32,698 bases of DNA, taken from positions 1 to 32,698 of the forward strand of contig CAVGIZ010000001.1 of assembly GCA_963629255.1 (NCBI GenBank). Direction: 5' to 3'. Origin of the DNA: Anaerovoracaceae bacterium (GTDB lineage Bacteria > Verrucomicrobiota > Kiritimatiellia > RFP12 > UBA1067). A model generated the notes under the pieces. That model was not told the DNA's origin and searched no databases. It saw nothing but the letters and a program-made list of their open reading frames with translations. Made by a program: the position numbers and the translations under genes. Position 1 is the stretch's first letter. Every line of letters starts with the position of its first letter. Below, piece after piece: positions 32,694 through 32,698 of the stretch.

Positions 32694-32698
32694 CCAAA

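Noticed and set aside
32457-32698. CIRCE/HrcA operator upstream of dnaK, or between dnaK, groES and groEL.
   Set aside because: There are only loose half-site resemblances (TTAGCTCAC at 32608, GAGTGACAC at 32489). These lie about 110 nt apart. No TTAGCACTC-N9-GAGTGCTAA is present.
1-32698. Mobile elements, prophage, defence islands, toxin-antitoxin pairs, tRNA or rRNA genes.
   Set aside because: I recognised no integrase, transposase, Cas, restriction or Abi-type nuclease signature. The CPBP protein sits in a housekeeping operon with no bacteriocin context. I saw no tRNA-like T-arm (GGTTCGAATCC-type) or rRNA segments on either strand.

Overview
This window is moderately GC-rich bacterial core genome, densely packed with housekeeping genes. 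I found no rRNA, tRNA, CRISPR array, integrase or transposase, and no recognisable defence or toxin system.

Gene order, grouped by inferred transcription unit:
- (-) thrS, lysA-like decarboxylase, small secreted YD-like repeat protein
- (+) uvrB
- (-) aconitase, membrane-anchored hypothetical
- (+) 42-aa membrane sORF, Na/Pi-cotransporter/PhoU protein, terminator
- (+) RdgB-HAD fusion
- (-) family-5 solute-binding protein, SAM methyltransferase
- (+) metK, hemW
- (-) rplM, rpsI, DEAD-box helicase, GT2 glycosyltransferase, 42-aa sORF
- (-) infC, psd, pssA, prs, pth, hydF, PHP phosphatase, CPBP protease, thiamine pyrophosphokinase
- (-) dnaK, groES, groEL, terminator

Many longest-ORF starts in the supplied track run through promoters. 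I trimmed them using N-terminal homology and promoter or SD geometry.

The unusual content is at the level of sequence motifs rather than a new gene cassette:
1. An oriented word, WWW-N-TGCCGCG-S, occurs about 90 times by hand count. It lies on both strands, in all reading frames and in intergenic DNA. It sometimes forms inverted pairs, including the groEL terminator and an identical 20-mer inside two unrelated CDSs. This resembles a DNA-uptake sequence or a HIP-like word.
2. An invariant 14-nt extended -10 promoter word, ATATGGTATAATAT, occurs at 8 loci plus one variant. Four copies sit 7-12 nt from the ATG, which implies leaderless mRNAs.
3. A 7 x 22-bp tandem array between convergent genes is also a roughly 148-nt imperfect palindrome.
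4. Upstream of dnaK-groES-groEL there are four GTGGGAC heptads in two tandem pairs and a sigma54-like -24/-12 element. There is no CIRCE.
5. A 16-mer and a 20-nt GC hairpin are shared between the aconitase-upstream and dnaK-upstream regions.
6. A perfect 26-bp palindrome lies in a roughly 500-nt non-coding divergent region.
7. infC appears to start at AUC.

All functional readings of these motifs are inference. Counts are hand counts and may be off by a few.
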